NCBI GenBank assembly: GCA_964486065.1
Contig: CAZAKN010000003.1
Coordinates: 18,559 to 82,558 of the forward strand
Origin: an uncultured Gammaproteobacteria bacterium
GTDB lineage: Bacteria; Patescibacteriota; Patescibacteriia; UBA11705; JABHMO01
Direction of reading: 5' to 3'
DNA: 64,000 nt
Of this stretch, positions 7,975 to 16,088 are shown piece by piece (position 1 is the stretch's first letter; each line of letters starts with the position of its first letter). The notes beneath the pieces were generated by a model. That model had not been told where the DNA came from, did not search any database, and saw nothing but the letters and a program-made list of their open reading frames with translations. Made by a program: the position numbers and the translations under genes.

Positions 7975-9396
7975 ATGAAGAAAACCTTAGCTATTTTCGT
8001 GTTGACGACCATGCTTTTGTCAGTTTTTTCTTTGGGAGTCAATCAAGTTTCAGCGCATGGTGACGGTTATACGGATTGTGAAAAAGATCCGGTTTACGCC
8101 AAAGATTTTACCGCTAGTCCCACCGTTCATTTGCGTTTGCGCGAAAGAGCGTGCATGACCGATTCGCCGGTAATTACGGTGTTAAGTCCCAATTCAAACT
8201 ATCAGATTATCGCGGAAACGGACGGCTGGTATAAAGTGAAACTTGATGACGGTACCACCGGTTGGGCCGGTTCAGCTTTGATGCAAGCCACAAGCGCTGA
8301 TTATGCCAATAATGAAAAATTAAGCGATGCTTATGAAGCCGATGAAAAAACGATTGAAGCGAATGAATCATTAAATAAGGAAGAAAAGCAAATAACCGAT
8401 CGCGTCAAAGGCTACATTTTATTACAAGTGGAATCAGCCGGAGAAGCTTGGTATGTTGATCCGGTGGAAGAAAAAAGATTTTACATGAAAGATGGTCCGA
8501 CCGCTTATGAAATGATGCGCAGTTTCGGTTTGGGGATTTCCAATGGTGATTTGGAAAAACTTTTGGCCGGTGATTACAAATTGACTGATCGTTTGAAAGG
8601 TCGTATTGTTCTGGCCGTGCATCGCAATGGTGAAGCTTATTACATTCACCCCAAGGATCGTTCCGTGCATTATTTGAAAAACGGTGTCGAGGCTTATCGT
8701 ATTATGCGTTTGCTCAGTTTAGGCATAACCAATCGGGATTTGCTGAAAATTCGCGCGAAAAATGTCGTGAAAAACAAAATCGCGGAAAAGAAAAATACGG
8801 CTCCCGTAGAACATAATGGTTCCATTACTTTATCCGCGGAGGAAAGTAACGGTAATGTTTATTTAGATTGGTCGGTTGACGGTTTTAATTCCGCTAAAGG
8901 ATTTAAAGTGGTGATTTCAGAAGAGCCAAATCCGGTTTATCCCGGCAATACATACCATTATCATGCTTCTTCGGAAAAGCGCGCTGACACATGGACCAAT
9001 CTGGCTTCAGGGAAAACTTACCATTTCCGAGTTTGCGAATATTTAGGCGGGGAATGCGGAGTTTACAGCAATGATGTCAGTGTAACCATGTCCGGTGAAA
9101 TTATTGATAATTCTCAAGGTGTTATCACTTTGGATGGTGAAGTTAGTTCGGAAAACAAAGTTTTGTTGAATTGGTCTTTAAGTGAAATGATTTCACCAAA
9201 GGGATTTAAAGTGGTGATTTCAGAAGAGCTAAATCCGGTTTATCCCGGTAACACATATCATTATTTGAGTAATTCCGAAGTGCGTACCGATACTTGGAGC
9301 GGATTAAACAGTGGTACATATCATTTCCGAGTTTGCGAATATTTGGGTGGGAAGTGCGGAGTTTATAGTAATAATTTTCAAGTAACAATTGAATAG
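7975..9396 (+). CDS. secreted repeat protein: signal peptide, SH3b-like domain, two ~55-aa repeats, two Fn3-like repeats
   Basis: Signal peptide MKKTLAIFVLTTMLLSVFSLGVNQVSA; SH3b-like YQIIAETDGWYKVKLDDGTTGW; internal protein and DNA repeats. Confidence 0.6.
   Translation: MKKTLAIFVLTTMLLSVFSLGVNQVSAHGDGYTDCEKDPVYAKDFTASPTVHLRLRERACMTDSPVITVLSPNSNYQIIAETDGWYKVKLDDGTTGWAGSALMQATSADYANNEKLSDAYEADEKTIEANESLNKEEKQITDRVKGYILLQVESAGEAWYVDPVEEKRFYMKDGPTAYEMMRSFGLGISNGDLEKLLAGDYKLTDRLKGRIVLAVHRNGEAYYIHPKDRSVHYLKNGVEAYRIMRLLSLGITNRDLLKIRAKNVVKNKIAEKKNTAPVEHNGSITLSAEESNGNVYLDWSVDGFNSAKGFKVVISEEPNPVYPGNTYHYHASSEKRADTWTNLASGKTYHFRVCEYLGGECGVYSNDVSVTMSGEIIDNSQGVITLDGEVSSENKVLLNWSLSEMISPKGFKVVISEELNPVYPGNTYHYLSNSEVRTDTWSGLNSGTYHFRVCEYLGGKCGVYSNNFQVTIE
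8897..9389 (+). repeat. two ~190-bp near-identical direct repeats (8897-9087 and 9198-9389) encoding the Fn3-like modules
   Basis: Long identical stretches, e.g. ggatttaaagtggtgatttcagaagag... and ...catttccgagtttgcgaatattt. Confidence 0.8.
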
Positions 9397-9470
9397 TAAA
9401 AAAAGAGTCGCTTTCCGAAGAGGCTCTTTTTTAGTATAATTGAAATAAGATTAATAATCATATTGTAAAT

Positions 9471-9968
9471 ATGTATAAGGAACAAAGAGTGGGGATGTTA
9501 GTGGATGTGCAAAATCTTTATTACAGCGCGCGGGTTTTGTATAAGAAAAAGGTTAATTTTGGCGCGGTTTTAAAAGAAGGCGTCGGTGATCGTAAATTGA
9601 TTCGCGCGATTGCTTACGGAATCAGCACGGCCGAAGGTATGGAAGAAAAATTTTTTGACGCTTTGGTGAAATCGGGTTTTGAAGTCAAAACCAAAGATTT
9701 ACAAATATTTCCGGGTGGAGCGAAGAAAGGCGATTGGGATGTGGGCATTACCGTGGACGCGATTAAACTTTCAAAAAATTTGGATGTTATCATTATTGTG
9801 TCCGGTGACGGCGATTATTTGCCTCTGTTGGAATACTTGTCTGCCACATCGGGTTGTCGCGTGGAAGTGATGGCTTTTAAAGAATCGGGTAGCGCCAAAT
9901 TGATTGAAAGTGCGGACAGTTTTATTGATTTGTCAGCTAATAAAAGAAAATTTTTAATGGCAAGATAA
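9471..9968 (+). CDS. NYN-domain (LabA/DUF88-like) putative ribonuclease
   Basis: NYN motifs VDVQNLYYSA and IIIVSGDGDYLPLL. Confidence 0.75.
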   Translation: MYKEQRVGMLVDVQNLYYSARVLYKKKVNFGAVLKEGVGDRKLIRAIAYGISTAEGMEEKFFDALVKSGFEVKTKDLQIFPGGAKKGDWDVGITVDAIKLSKNLDVIIIVSGDGDYLPLLEYLSATSGCRVEVMAFKESGSAKLIESADSFIDLSANKRKFLMAR

Positions 9969-9971
9969 AAG

Positions 9972-10670
9972 ATGAAAAAAGAAAATCCTTTTCAAAACAA
10001 TTATGGTGGTTCAAGATTTTCCACTTTTCGTTCCGGCGGAGATCAAGTTATTATAGATCCGACGGAAAACGCTTTACGCCAAGAGAAAAATAAAAGAAAA
10101 AGTAAAGCGGAAAAAGAAAAAAAATTCGTTAATTTGGAAAAAGTCAATCAAACATTGACCGCTTTAAAAAAAATTAAATTTGACGATGATTTGACCGCGG
10201 AAGAAATAAAAGAGCAAAAACCTGAATTAAAAAAAAGAATTAAGTTGGCGAAAAAGGCGATTTCCGATGTGTATGATTATGTGGCTGAATATGCTCAAGT
10301 AGTAAGAAAAATGGAAGCTTTCAAATCTTCGCAAAAAGATAAATTATCCGGCAAGAATTGGCGTGATGAATTAAAAGAGCTTGATGAATCAAGGCGTCGC
10401 AAACATAACGCGCTTATTTCCACCATCCAAGGAGCGGTGCGATATATGCGTGAACAATTTTCCGAATTGTCTGAATCGCAAATGGAAAAATTTGAAGAAA
10501 AAATGGATAGGCAGGATAAAATGTTTTTGGAAATTAAAAGATTAAATTTTGATAAAAATATTTTTATGCCCGATTGGGTTAATTTGCGTGATAGAAAAAG
10601 TATCGCCGAGTGGGCTTTTGTTTTGGCTGAAGAATTGGAATTGCAACGAGAATTGGAAGACCTTCAATAA
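9972..10670 (+). CDS. lysine-rich coiled-coil hypothetical protein, adjacent to the NYN gene
   Basis: ORF starts 4 nt after the NYN gene stop. K/E-rich; no family recognised. Confidence 0.5.
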   Translation: MKKENPFQNNYGGSRFSTFRSGGDQVIIDPTENALRQEKNKRKSKAEKEKKFVNLEKVNQTLTALKKIKFDDDLTAEEIKEQKPELKKRIKLAKKAISDVYDYVAEYAQVVRKMEAFKSSQKDKLSGKNWRDELKELDESRRRKHNALISTIQGAVRYMREQFSELSESQMEKFEEKMDRQDKMFLEIKRLNFDKNIFMPDWVNLRDRKSIAEWAFVLAEELELQRELEDLQ

Positions 10671-10689
10671 ACCGATTTAATAAAAAGAA

Positions 10690-10720
10690 AAAAGGGAGAG
10701 CCGTGGCTCTCCTTTTTATT
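10690..10720. terminator. bidirectional terminator (ggagagcc-gtg-gctctcc plus T-run)
   Basis: Perfect hairpin between convergent genes. Confidence 0.7.
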
Positions 10721-10998
10721 TACTTTTTTTGAAAATAGCTATTGCCCAAGCGGAAAACCGCTTGCAACAGAATTTTTTCCGGGAAATATTTCCCCAAAAG
10801 TTTTTGCAGTTGAACTGCTTTGCTTTGCAGGATTTCTTCATACTCCATAGCTTGAGTTTTATGCCCCAAATTTTTTTGAAAACCCGATTTAAGCAATAAT
10901 CCGTAGATTTCGGTTACCAATTCTCTGACGCTCGTTGATTCCCGATCTCTTTCTTTCAAAGTTTCCATTAGTTCTTGATCAGTGAAAGATTTTTTCAT
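10720..10998 (-). CDS. hypothetical protein
   Basis: Start placed at MKKSF, preceded by GGAGGT. Confidence 0.4.
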   Translation of the reverse strand: MKKSFTDQELMETLKERDRESTSVRELVTEIYGLLLKSGFQKNLGHKTQAMEYEEILQSKAVQLQKLLGKYFPEKILLQAVFRLGNSYFQKK

Positions 10999-11085
10999 CG
11001 TAACCTCCATATTTCCTTGGCAAATGAACAATAATATAAATTACCATGCAAGATTGTGATTGTCAAGGTGTGTTATAATTAGTAT

Positions 11086-11967
11086 ATGAATAAATATTTC
11101 CAATTATCGTTTTTGGTTTTTGTGGCAGTTCTGCTTCTGCTGACCTTTAATTTGGGTTATTTTTCAACGCCACCGACGGTTGAAATTGATTTAAACGAAG
11201 AAAAAACATTGGAAGCTCATTTTTTAGATGTGGGGCAAGGAGACGCGATTTACATTCGCACTCCGGATGAAGTGGATGTTTTGATAGACGGTGGACCGGA
11301 CAATAATTTGCTTAGCCGCTTGGGTCAGGTAATGCCGTTTTATGATCATCGGATTGATATTATGATTTTAACGCATCCTCACGCGGATCATGTTACGGGG
11401 TTGGTGGAAGTTTTAAAAAGATATGAAGTCGGAGAGATATATTATACCGGAGTTTTGCATTCCACCGCTGATTATTTAACTTGGTTAAGATTGATTGAAG
11501 AAAAAGGTATTCCATTAAAAATAGTCCAAAGTTTTTTTGAATTGCGATTGGATGACAATATAGATTTACAATTTTTATACCCGGATCACAGTTTGATAAA
11601 TAAAAAAGTTGCAGAATTGAATAATAGTTCCATTGTAAACAGATTGGTTTATAACAATATTGAAATTATGTTAACAGGAGACGCGGAAGCGGAAGTGGAA
11701 GAACATTTATTGGTGAGCGGGCATGACTTATCAGCGGATATTTTCAAAGCTGGGCATCATGGCAGTTCCAGTTCAAGTTCAGAGGAATTTGTTCGGGCGG
11801 TTGATCCTGAAGCGGTGATTATACAATCCGGTCAAGATAATGCTTTCGGACATCCGCATTTACGAAGTTTGCGCTTATTTGAAAGATTGAATCTAAATAT
11901 TTATCGCAATGATTTACTTGGGACGATTTCAGTTTATACGGATGGCGATCAATACTTTATTGATTGA
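11086..11967 (+). CDS. membrane-anchored MBL-fold protein of ComEC-C-terminal (lactamase_B) type
   Basis: N-terminal TM helix; ILTHPHADHVTGL and AGHHGSSSS motifs typical of the ComEC nuclease domain. Extended -10 (TGTTATAAT) sits only ~8 nt upstream of the ATG. Confidence 0.7.
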   Translation: MNKYFQLSFLVFVAVLLLLTFNLGYFSTPPTVEIDLNEEKTLEAHFLDVGQGDAIYIRTPDEVDVLIDGGPDNNLLSRLGQVMPFYDHRIDIMILTHPHADHVTGLVEVLKRYEVGEIYYTGVLHSTADYLTWLRLIEEKGIPLKIVQSFFELRLDDNIDLQFLYPDHSLINKKVAELNNSSIVNRLVYNNIEIMLTGDAEAEVEEHLLVSGHDLSADIFKAGHHGSSSSSSEEFVRAVDPEAVIIQSGQDNAFGHPHLRSLRLFERLNLNIYRNDLLGTISVYTDGDQYFID

Positions 11968-12060
11968 CAAAAAGAAGATTTAACTATATATTTAAATTCC
12001 CCAAGCCGCACTTTCAATAATTTATCGCGCTCCATAAGACGGGAGGAAGGAGCAAGAATC

Positions 12061-13047
12061 ATGATCGTGACAACATACGGAACTCGCGGAAGCGTGCCTG
12101 TTTCTCGCCCCGGAACCGCCAAGTACGGCGGTAACACCACATGTTTGCGAGTTGATTCGGATTGCTTGCCAAAAGACACTTGGCTGGTGATTGATACCGG
12201 TTCGGGTTTTGTGCCATTGGCATACGACGCCTTGAAAGCCGGTGTTAAGCGGATTATCATACTGCAAACACATCACCACCATGACCACAATCAAGGTTTG
12301 CTTTTGGCGCCGATAACCTTCATCAAGAGCATCCCGATCCACATTTACGGTCCCGTGCAAAATGGTGTCGGTCCCAAAGAAGTTCTGGAACAAGTGATGC
12401 GAAAGCCACTTTTCCCGGTGGACTTCAAGCAGGTGGCCAGCCATTTCCACATCAACAAATTTGAATACCCCGGCAATCAGGTGTTTCTGATCCATCCGGT
12501 CGGCGGTTTCAAGCGGTTGGATGTGGACAGCTACGAAAGATCTCTGGATCAAGGCAAATTGATGTCATTCAGCTCCAAGACATCCTTTGATGTTGACGAG
12601 TGTTTGGTGATCAAGATGCACTCTACGGAACATCCGGAGCAAACGGTTTCGTACCGTTTTGAAGACCGTCCGCGAGGGCGCGTTTTCTGTCTGCTTACGG
12701 ACCACGAGAATCAGGACGGTATCCCACTTTCTTTGCGTGCGCATTTGAAAGAAGCGGATTTGCTGATTCAGGATGTTCAGTTTGATGAGGTAACCTACAT
12801 GGAACGCACGGCCGGATTCGGTCATGGTACCGCCAAGTATGCCGTTCGTTTGTCCAACTTGGTTGGGGCAAAAAGATTGGGTTTAACCCACCACGATCCC
12901 ATGAGCGATGATGACCAAGTGGAAGTCATTTTGACTGAAGCGCGGGAAAACGCTCATCGCGCCAGAACTGAAACGGGTGAAGAAGGAAACGGCCTTGCCG
13001 ATGAACAAATCTTCGCCTGTCAAGATTACGGCGTCTACGAGGTCTAA
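12061..13047 (+). CDS. MBL-fold metallo-hydrolase (unknown specificity), GC-rich outlier
   Basis: HHHHDHNQGL (H-x-H-x-D-H) metal site. SD GGAGGAAGGAG. GC visibly near 50% versus ~37% for the window. Confidence 0.65.
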   Translation: MIVTTYGTRGSVPVSRPGTAKYGGNTTCLRVDSDCLPKDTWLVIDTGSGFVPLAYDALKAGVKRIIILQTHHHHDHNQGLLLAPITFIKSIPIHIYGPVQNGVGPKEVLEQVMRKPLFPVDFKQVASHFHINKFEYPGNQVFLIHPVGGFKRLDVDSYERSLDQGKLMSFSSKTSFDVDECLVIKMHSTEHPEQTVSYRFEDRPRGRVFCLLTDHENQDGIPLSLRAHLKEADLLIQDVQFDEVTYMERTAGFGHGTAKYAVRLSNLVGAKRLGLTHHDPMSDDDQVEVILTEARENAHRARTETGEEGNGLADEQIFACQDYGVYEV

Positions 13048-13117
13048 CCTCTAAACATCAACTCTTTCTCGCCGGAGCGAGTACCGGTAAAGATTGAAAT
13101 CGCGGTAAAAGGGGAAA

Positions 13118-13150
13118 GGTCGCGTCTCTCAAGACGCGACCTTTTAAGTT
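13118..13150 (+). terminator. intrinsic terminator (aaaggtcgcgtctc-tcaa-gacgcgaccttttaag)
   Basis: 10-bp stem plus T-run. Confidence 0.75.
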
Positions 13151-13176
13151 TACAAAAATGATTTTTTTGTTATAAT
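13149..13176 (+). promoter_or_regulatory. sigma70-like promoter TTTACA-16-TATAAT for ndk
   Basis: Read from the sequence. Confidence 0.5.
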
Positions 13177-13210
13177 AAAGCCGAAATGAATTAATAATAA
13201 TCATTATTTT

Positions 13211-13801
13211 ATGCAGAGAACTTTAGTGGTTATCAAGCCGGACGGTGTTCAGAGAACTTTGGTGGGAGAAATCATCAAGCGTTATGAAAGAACCGGTTTA
13301 AAATTGGCGGCTTTAAAAATGTTGATTCCGAATCCGGAAATGGTTAACGAACATTATTCTATTGATCCGGAATGGAAAGCGGAGGTGGGAAGAAAAGCTT
13401 TTGCCGCTTATGAAAAAAAAGGCAAAAAACCGCCTTATGAAAATCCTGAAGAGTGTGGAGAAGCGGTTTTGCAAAGATTGAAAAAATATTTATCCGCGGG
13501 TCCGGTGGTGGCCATGATTTGGCAAGGGAATGAAGCAGTGGGATTAGTGCGGAAAATCACCGGCGCAACCGAACCTTTAAGTTCCGATGTGGGAACTATT
13601 CGCGGTGATTTTACTTTGGACTCTTACGGTTTGGCGGATGGAGATCAGCGAGCTGTTCGCAATTTGGTTCACGCGTCCGGTTCTCCGGAAGAAGCGGAAA
13701 AAGAAATTCCCATTTGGTTTAAAGAAGAAGAAATTCAGCAATATGTATTGGCTCATGATAAAATTTTGTATGATGTTGATTTGGACGGTATAAAAGAATA
13801 A
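13211..13801 (+). CDS. ndk: nucleoside diphosphate kinase (long form with insertions)
   Basis: LVVIKPDGVQRTLVGEIIKRYE and active-site region NLVHASGS. Confidence 0.85.
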   Translation: MQRTLVVIKPDGVQRTLVGEIIKRYERTGLKLAALKMLIPNPEMVNEHYSIDPEWKAEVGRKAFAAYEKKGKKPPYENPEECGEAVLQRLKKYLSAGPVVAMIWQGNEAVGLVRKITGATEPLSSDVGTIRGDFTLDSYGLADGDQRAVRNLVHASGSPEEAEKEIPIWFKEEEIQQYVLAHDKILYDVDLDGIKE

Positions 13802-13817
13802 AATTTGAATAAATTTT

Positions 13818-13852
13818 AAAGGAGCCGTATTGATACGGCTCCTTTTTGTTTG
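13818..13852. terminator. bidirectional terminator (ggagccgta-ttga-tacggctcc plus T-run)
   Basis: Perfect hairpin between ndk and the convergent lipoprotein gene. Confidence 0.75.
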
Positions 13853-13856
13853 GTGG

Positions 13857-14252
13857 TCAGTATTTCACGCAGGAAATCTCCGCAATCTCACATGATTCAC
13901 ACATGAGATTTCCGGCATGACTTTCCACATCACAGAAGCGACTTCTTTTTTTCGCTTCCGCCCTGCCGTAAGTCTGAACATCAGCAATATAATCGCAAGC
14001 TTGATGCTTTTTGCAATTATGCGAGCTGATGTAACAGACACCGTTGAAATCGTAGCGAGCTTCCACGGCCGCGCAAGTGCCGTCAAACCGCCCACTGACG
14101 AAATCGTCAATGTTTTGCCTCGTGCATTCCTTGTTGTTACATTGGCGCAGTGTGACACAAGCGCCGTCCAGTTCTTCGTCTTGAAAATCACACGGTGCTT
14201 CCATGCAACCCGTTAAGACGAAGAAAAAAATCAAAAAGAAAAGAGCTTTCAT
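13857..14252 (-). CDS. cysteine-rich secreted lipoprotein (14 Cys; lipobox LTGC)
   Basis: Start MKALFF preceded by GGAGG. GC-rich body. Paralog of 16089-16847. Confidence 0.6.
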   Translation of the reverse strand: MKALFFLIFFFVLTGCMEAPCDFQDEELDGACVTLRQCNNKECTRQNIDDFVSGRFDGTCAAVEARYDFNGVCYISSHNCKKHQACDYIADVQTYGRAEAKKRSRFCDVESHAGNLMCESCEIAEISCVKY

Positions 14253-14296
14253 GGTTTCCTCCATTTTTTTGAAATTAACAAAAAACCAATTATTTA

Positions 14297-14325
14297 ATTA
14301 TATCATAATTTTTACAAAAAGTCAA
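14297..14325 (-). promoter_or_regulatory. consensus promoter TTGACT-17-TATAAT (minus strand) for the Cys-rich lipoprotein
   Basis: Reverse complement reads ttgact-ttttgtaaaaattatga-tataat. Confidence 0.6.
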
Positions 14326-14371
14326 TCACGCAATCCGATTAACCTTAAAATTTGACTAAAATTAAATAAAA

Positions 14372-14400
14372 AAGCCGACTAGTTTTAGTCGGCATGATTT
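14372..14400. terminator. terminator (gccgacta-gttt-tagtcggc flanked by A/T runs) downstream of the 419-aa gene
   Basis: Perfect 8-bp hairpin. Confidence 0.7.
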
Positions 14401-15659
14401 TATTGACATTTCTTGCAACCATTGATTTTTTCTCGGGCCGCGAACGAACCGCGAATAATGCCTTCTTGAACTTTTTTAAAGGCTTGTTCAGTGGTCGGAT
14501 CTTCCCAATCCACTCCGAAGATGCTGGTGGGAAAATAGTAAGGAAACAAAGACCAAAGTTGTCGCAAGCGGTAGTAATGGTGATTTTCTTCGCCCAGTGA
14601 ATAGTTTCTATTGAAATAATCACGGAAGTGAAAAATTTGCACTTCCACCAAAATTCCCAAAATGTGAACCGTAAACTTTATTTCCGGTTGAGAGCCTTGT
14701 GAAAAGGATTTGGTATTGGGATATTTGGCGCCATTGCCACAGATTTGCGAATTGTACAGCACGCCACCGTTCAGAAAAATTTTGTTCATTAAACGATTGA
14801 TTCCTTGTTCCAGATCGTTTTCCGAGAAAAAGATCAGCGAGATGCCATGCTTGTCGTAAGAGCTGGGATATTCGGCCGTGCTTTTCAAGTGCGTTTTTTC
14901 CTGATCGCGGTCGCGAGTCTTGTTGCGACTGTCAAACATTACCGAAATGTGTCGGTCGCCTTCAGCGGGAATTCGCCGAGTGGCTACTTTCATCTCCCAG
15001 ACATTGTCGGCTCCGTTTTGGCTGAAAGCATGAAATCTTTTTTGCGGAGTTTTGTCGCAGATTACTTTGAGCGGAACTTTATCAATTCCGCCGGCAAAAT
15101 ATTCTTCTTCCAGGAGTTGCGTGAAGATGCTGAAATCTTCAGTGGCGAAAAGCTGGTTGTGTACCGCCATCATAAAAGCTCGCATGGCGTAATGCCAATA
15201 GAGATTGGCCAAAAAGGATCGTCTTTCACGCAAATCTTTTTCTTTCCCGGGCGGCTCCCAAACGTAGATCAACAATCTACGCGGATCATTGGTGATACTG
15301 ACGATGCCGTCTGAAGAAAAAATATTTTTCAACTTTTCCGGAAAAAATTTTTCCACGGTATTATTGAAATAATTTTTGGCATCTTGGATGGCGCGCGTGA
15401 AATACTGGTAAGCGATTTTTTGCGTCAAACCGTTACCGGCCGATCTTTGTAGCATTTGGCTGATCATTTTTTCACCTTTGGATTCCGAAGTTTTAACGAT
15501 TTCCAAATAAAGATTGTGCAAGGGCATGAGTTTCATCCAAGCCAAAGGGTAAACTTGTTTAAAGTTTTTTCCGTCATGTTGTTTTTTAAAATCGCTTTCA
15601 GGCATCATGAAAAGTTGTGGCAAGTTTTCCGGAGAAATGATATCTGACAAATCTTTCAC
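14400..15659 (-). CDS. orphan 419-aa hypothetical protein (GTG start, AGGGGG SD)
   Basis: Long ORF with its own RBS and terminator. No family motif recognised. C-terminal CKKC. Confidence 0.55.
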   Translation of the reverse strand: MKDLSDIISPENLPQLFMMPESDFKKQHDGKNFKQVYPLAWMKLMPLHNLYLEIVKTSESKGEKMISQMLQRSAGNGLTQKIAYQYFTRAIQDAKNYFNNTVEKFFPEKLKNIFSSDGIVSITNDPRRLLIYVWEPPGKEKDLRERRSFLANLYWHYAMRAFMMAVHNQLFATEDFSIFTQLLEEEYFAGGIDKVPLKVICDKTPQKRFHAFSQNGADNVWEMKVATRRIPAEGDRHISVMFDSRNKTRDRDQEKTHLKSTAEYPSSYDKHGISLIFFSENDLEQGINRLMNKIFLNGGVLYNSQICGNGAKYPNTKSFSQGSQPEIKFTVHILGILVEVQIFHFRDYFNRNYSLGEENHHYYRLRQLWSLFPYYFPTSIFGVDWEDPTTEQAFKKVQEGIIRGSFAAREKINGCKKCQ

Positions 15660-15786
15660 TCATTACCCCCTAATGGTTGTTTTGGTAAAGAACAGCACGA
15701 TAGCAGACTATCAATAATTCGGTTTTTTGTAAAGCCTTTCTCTGTCTTGATTTTATTAAAAATGTTATGATGTTGATGATATAAAT

Positions 15787-16035
15787 ATGGATATACAAGA
15801 AATTCGTGACAACATAAAAAAAACCGATGACAAAATTTTTGATTTGTTTATCACTCGTTTTGAATTGGTAGCGAAAATTCGTAGTTTGAAAAAGGCGCGC
15901 GGTTTAAAAGTTAAAGATAAAACAAGAGAAAAGGAATTGATTGAAAAACAAATTTCCAGAGCCGGTTTACCGGAAAAATTTATAAAAAAAATTTATAAAA
16001 CCGTTTTTAAACAAGCTTACAGGATTTTGAAATAA
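15787..16035 (+). CDS. chorismate mutase, AroQ class (monofunctional, ~82 aa)
   Basis: AroQ helical pattern IRDNIKKTDDKIFDLFITRFELVAKIRSLK. Confidence 0.6.
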   Translation: MDIQEIRDNIKKTDDKIFDLFITRFELVAKIRSLKKARGLKVKDKTREKELIEKQISRAGLPEKFIKKIYKTVFKQAYRILK

Positions 16036-16049
16036 ATTTTGGCAAAGTT

Positions 16050-16086
16050 AAAAGGCGTCCGAATTTTCGGTACGCCTTTTTTGTAT
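16050..16086. terminator. bidirectional terminator (aaaggcgt-ccgaattttcgg-tacgcctttttt)
   Basis: Hairpin plus T6. Confidence 0.7.
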
Positions 16087-16088
16087 TG

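Noticed and set aside
11949-12825. Antisense ORFs 11949-12260, 12022-12552 and 12565-12825 (minus strand).
   Set aside because: They lie entirely antisense to the well-supported MBL-hydrolase gene. GC-rich sequence generates long spurious antisense ORFs.
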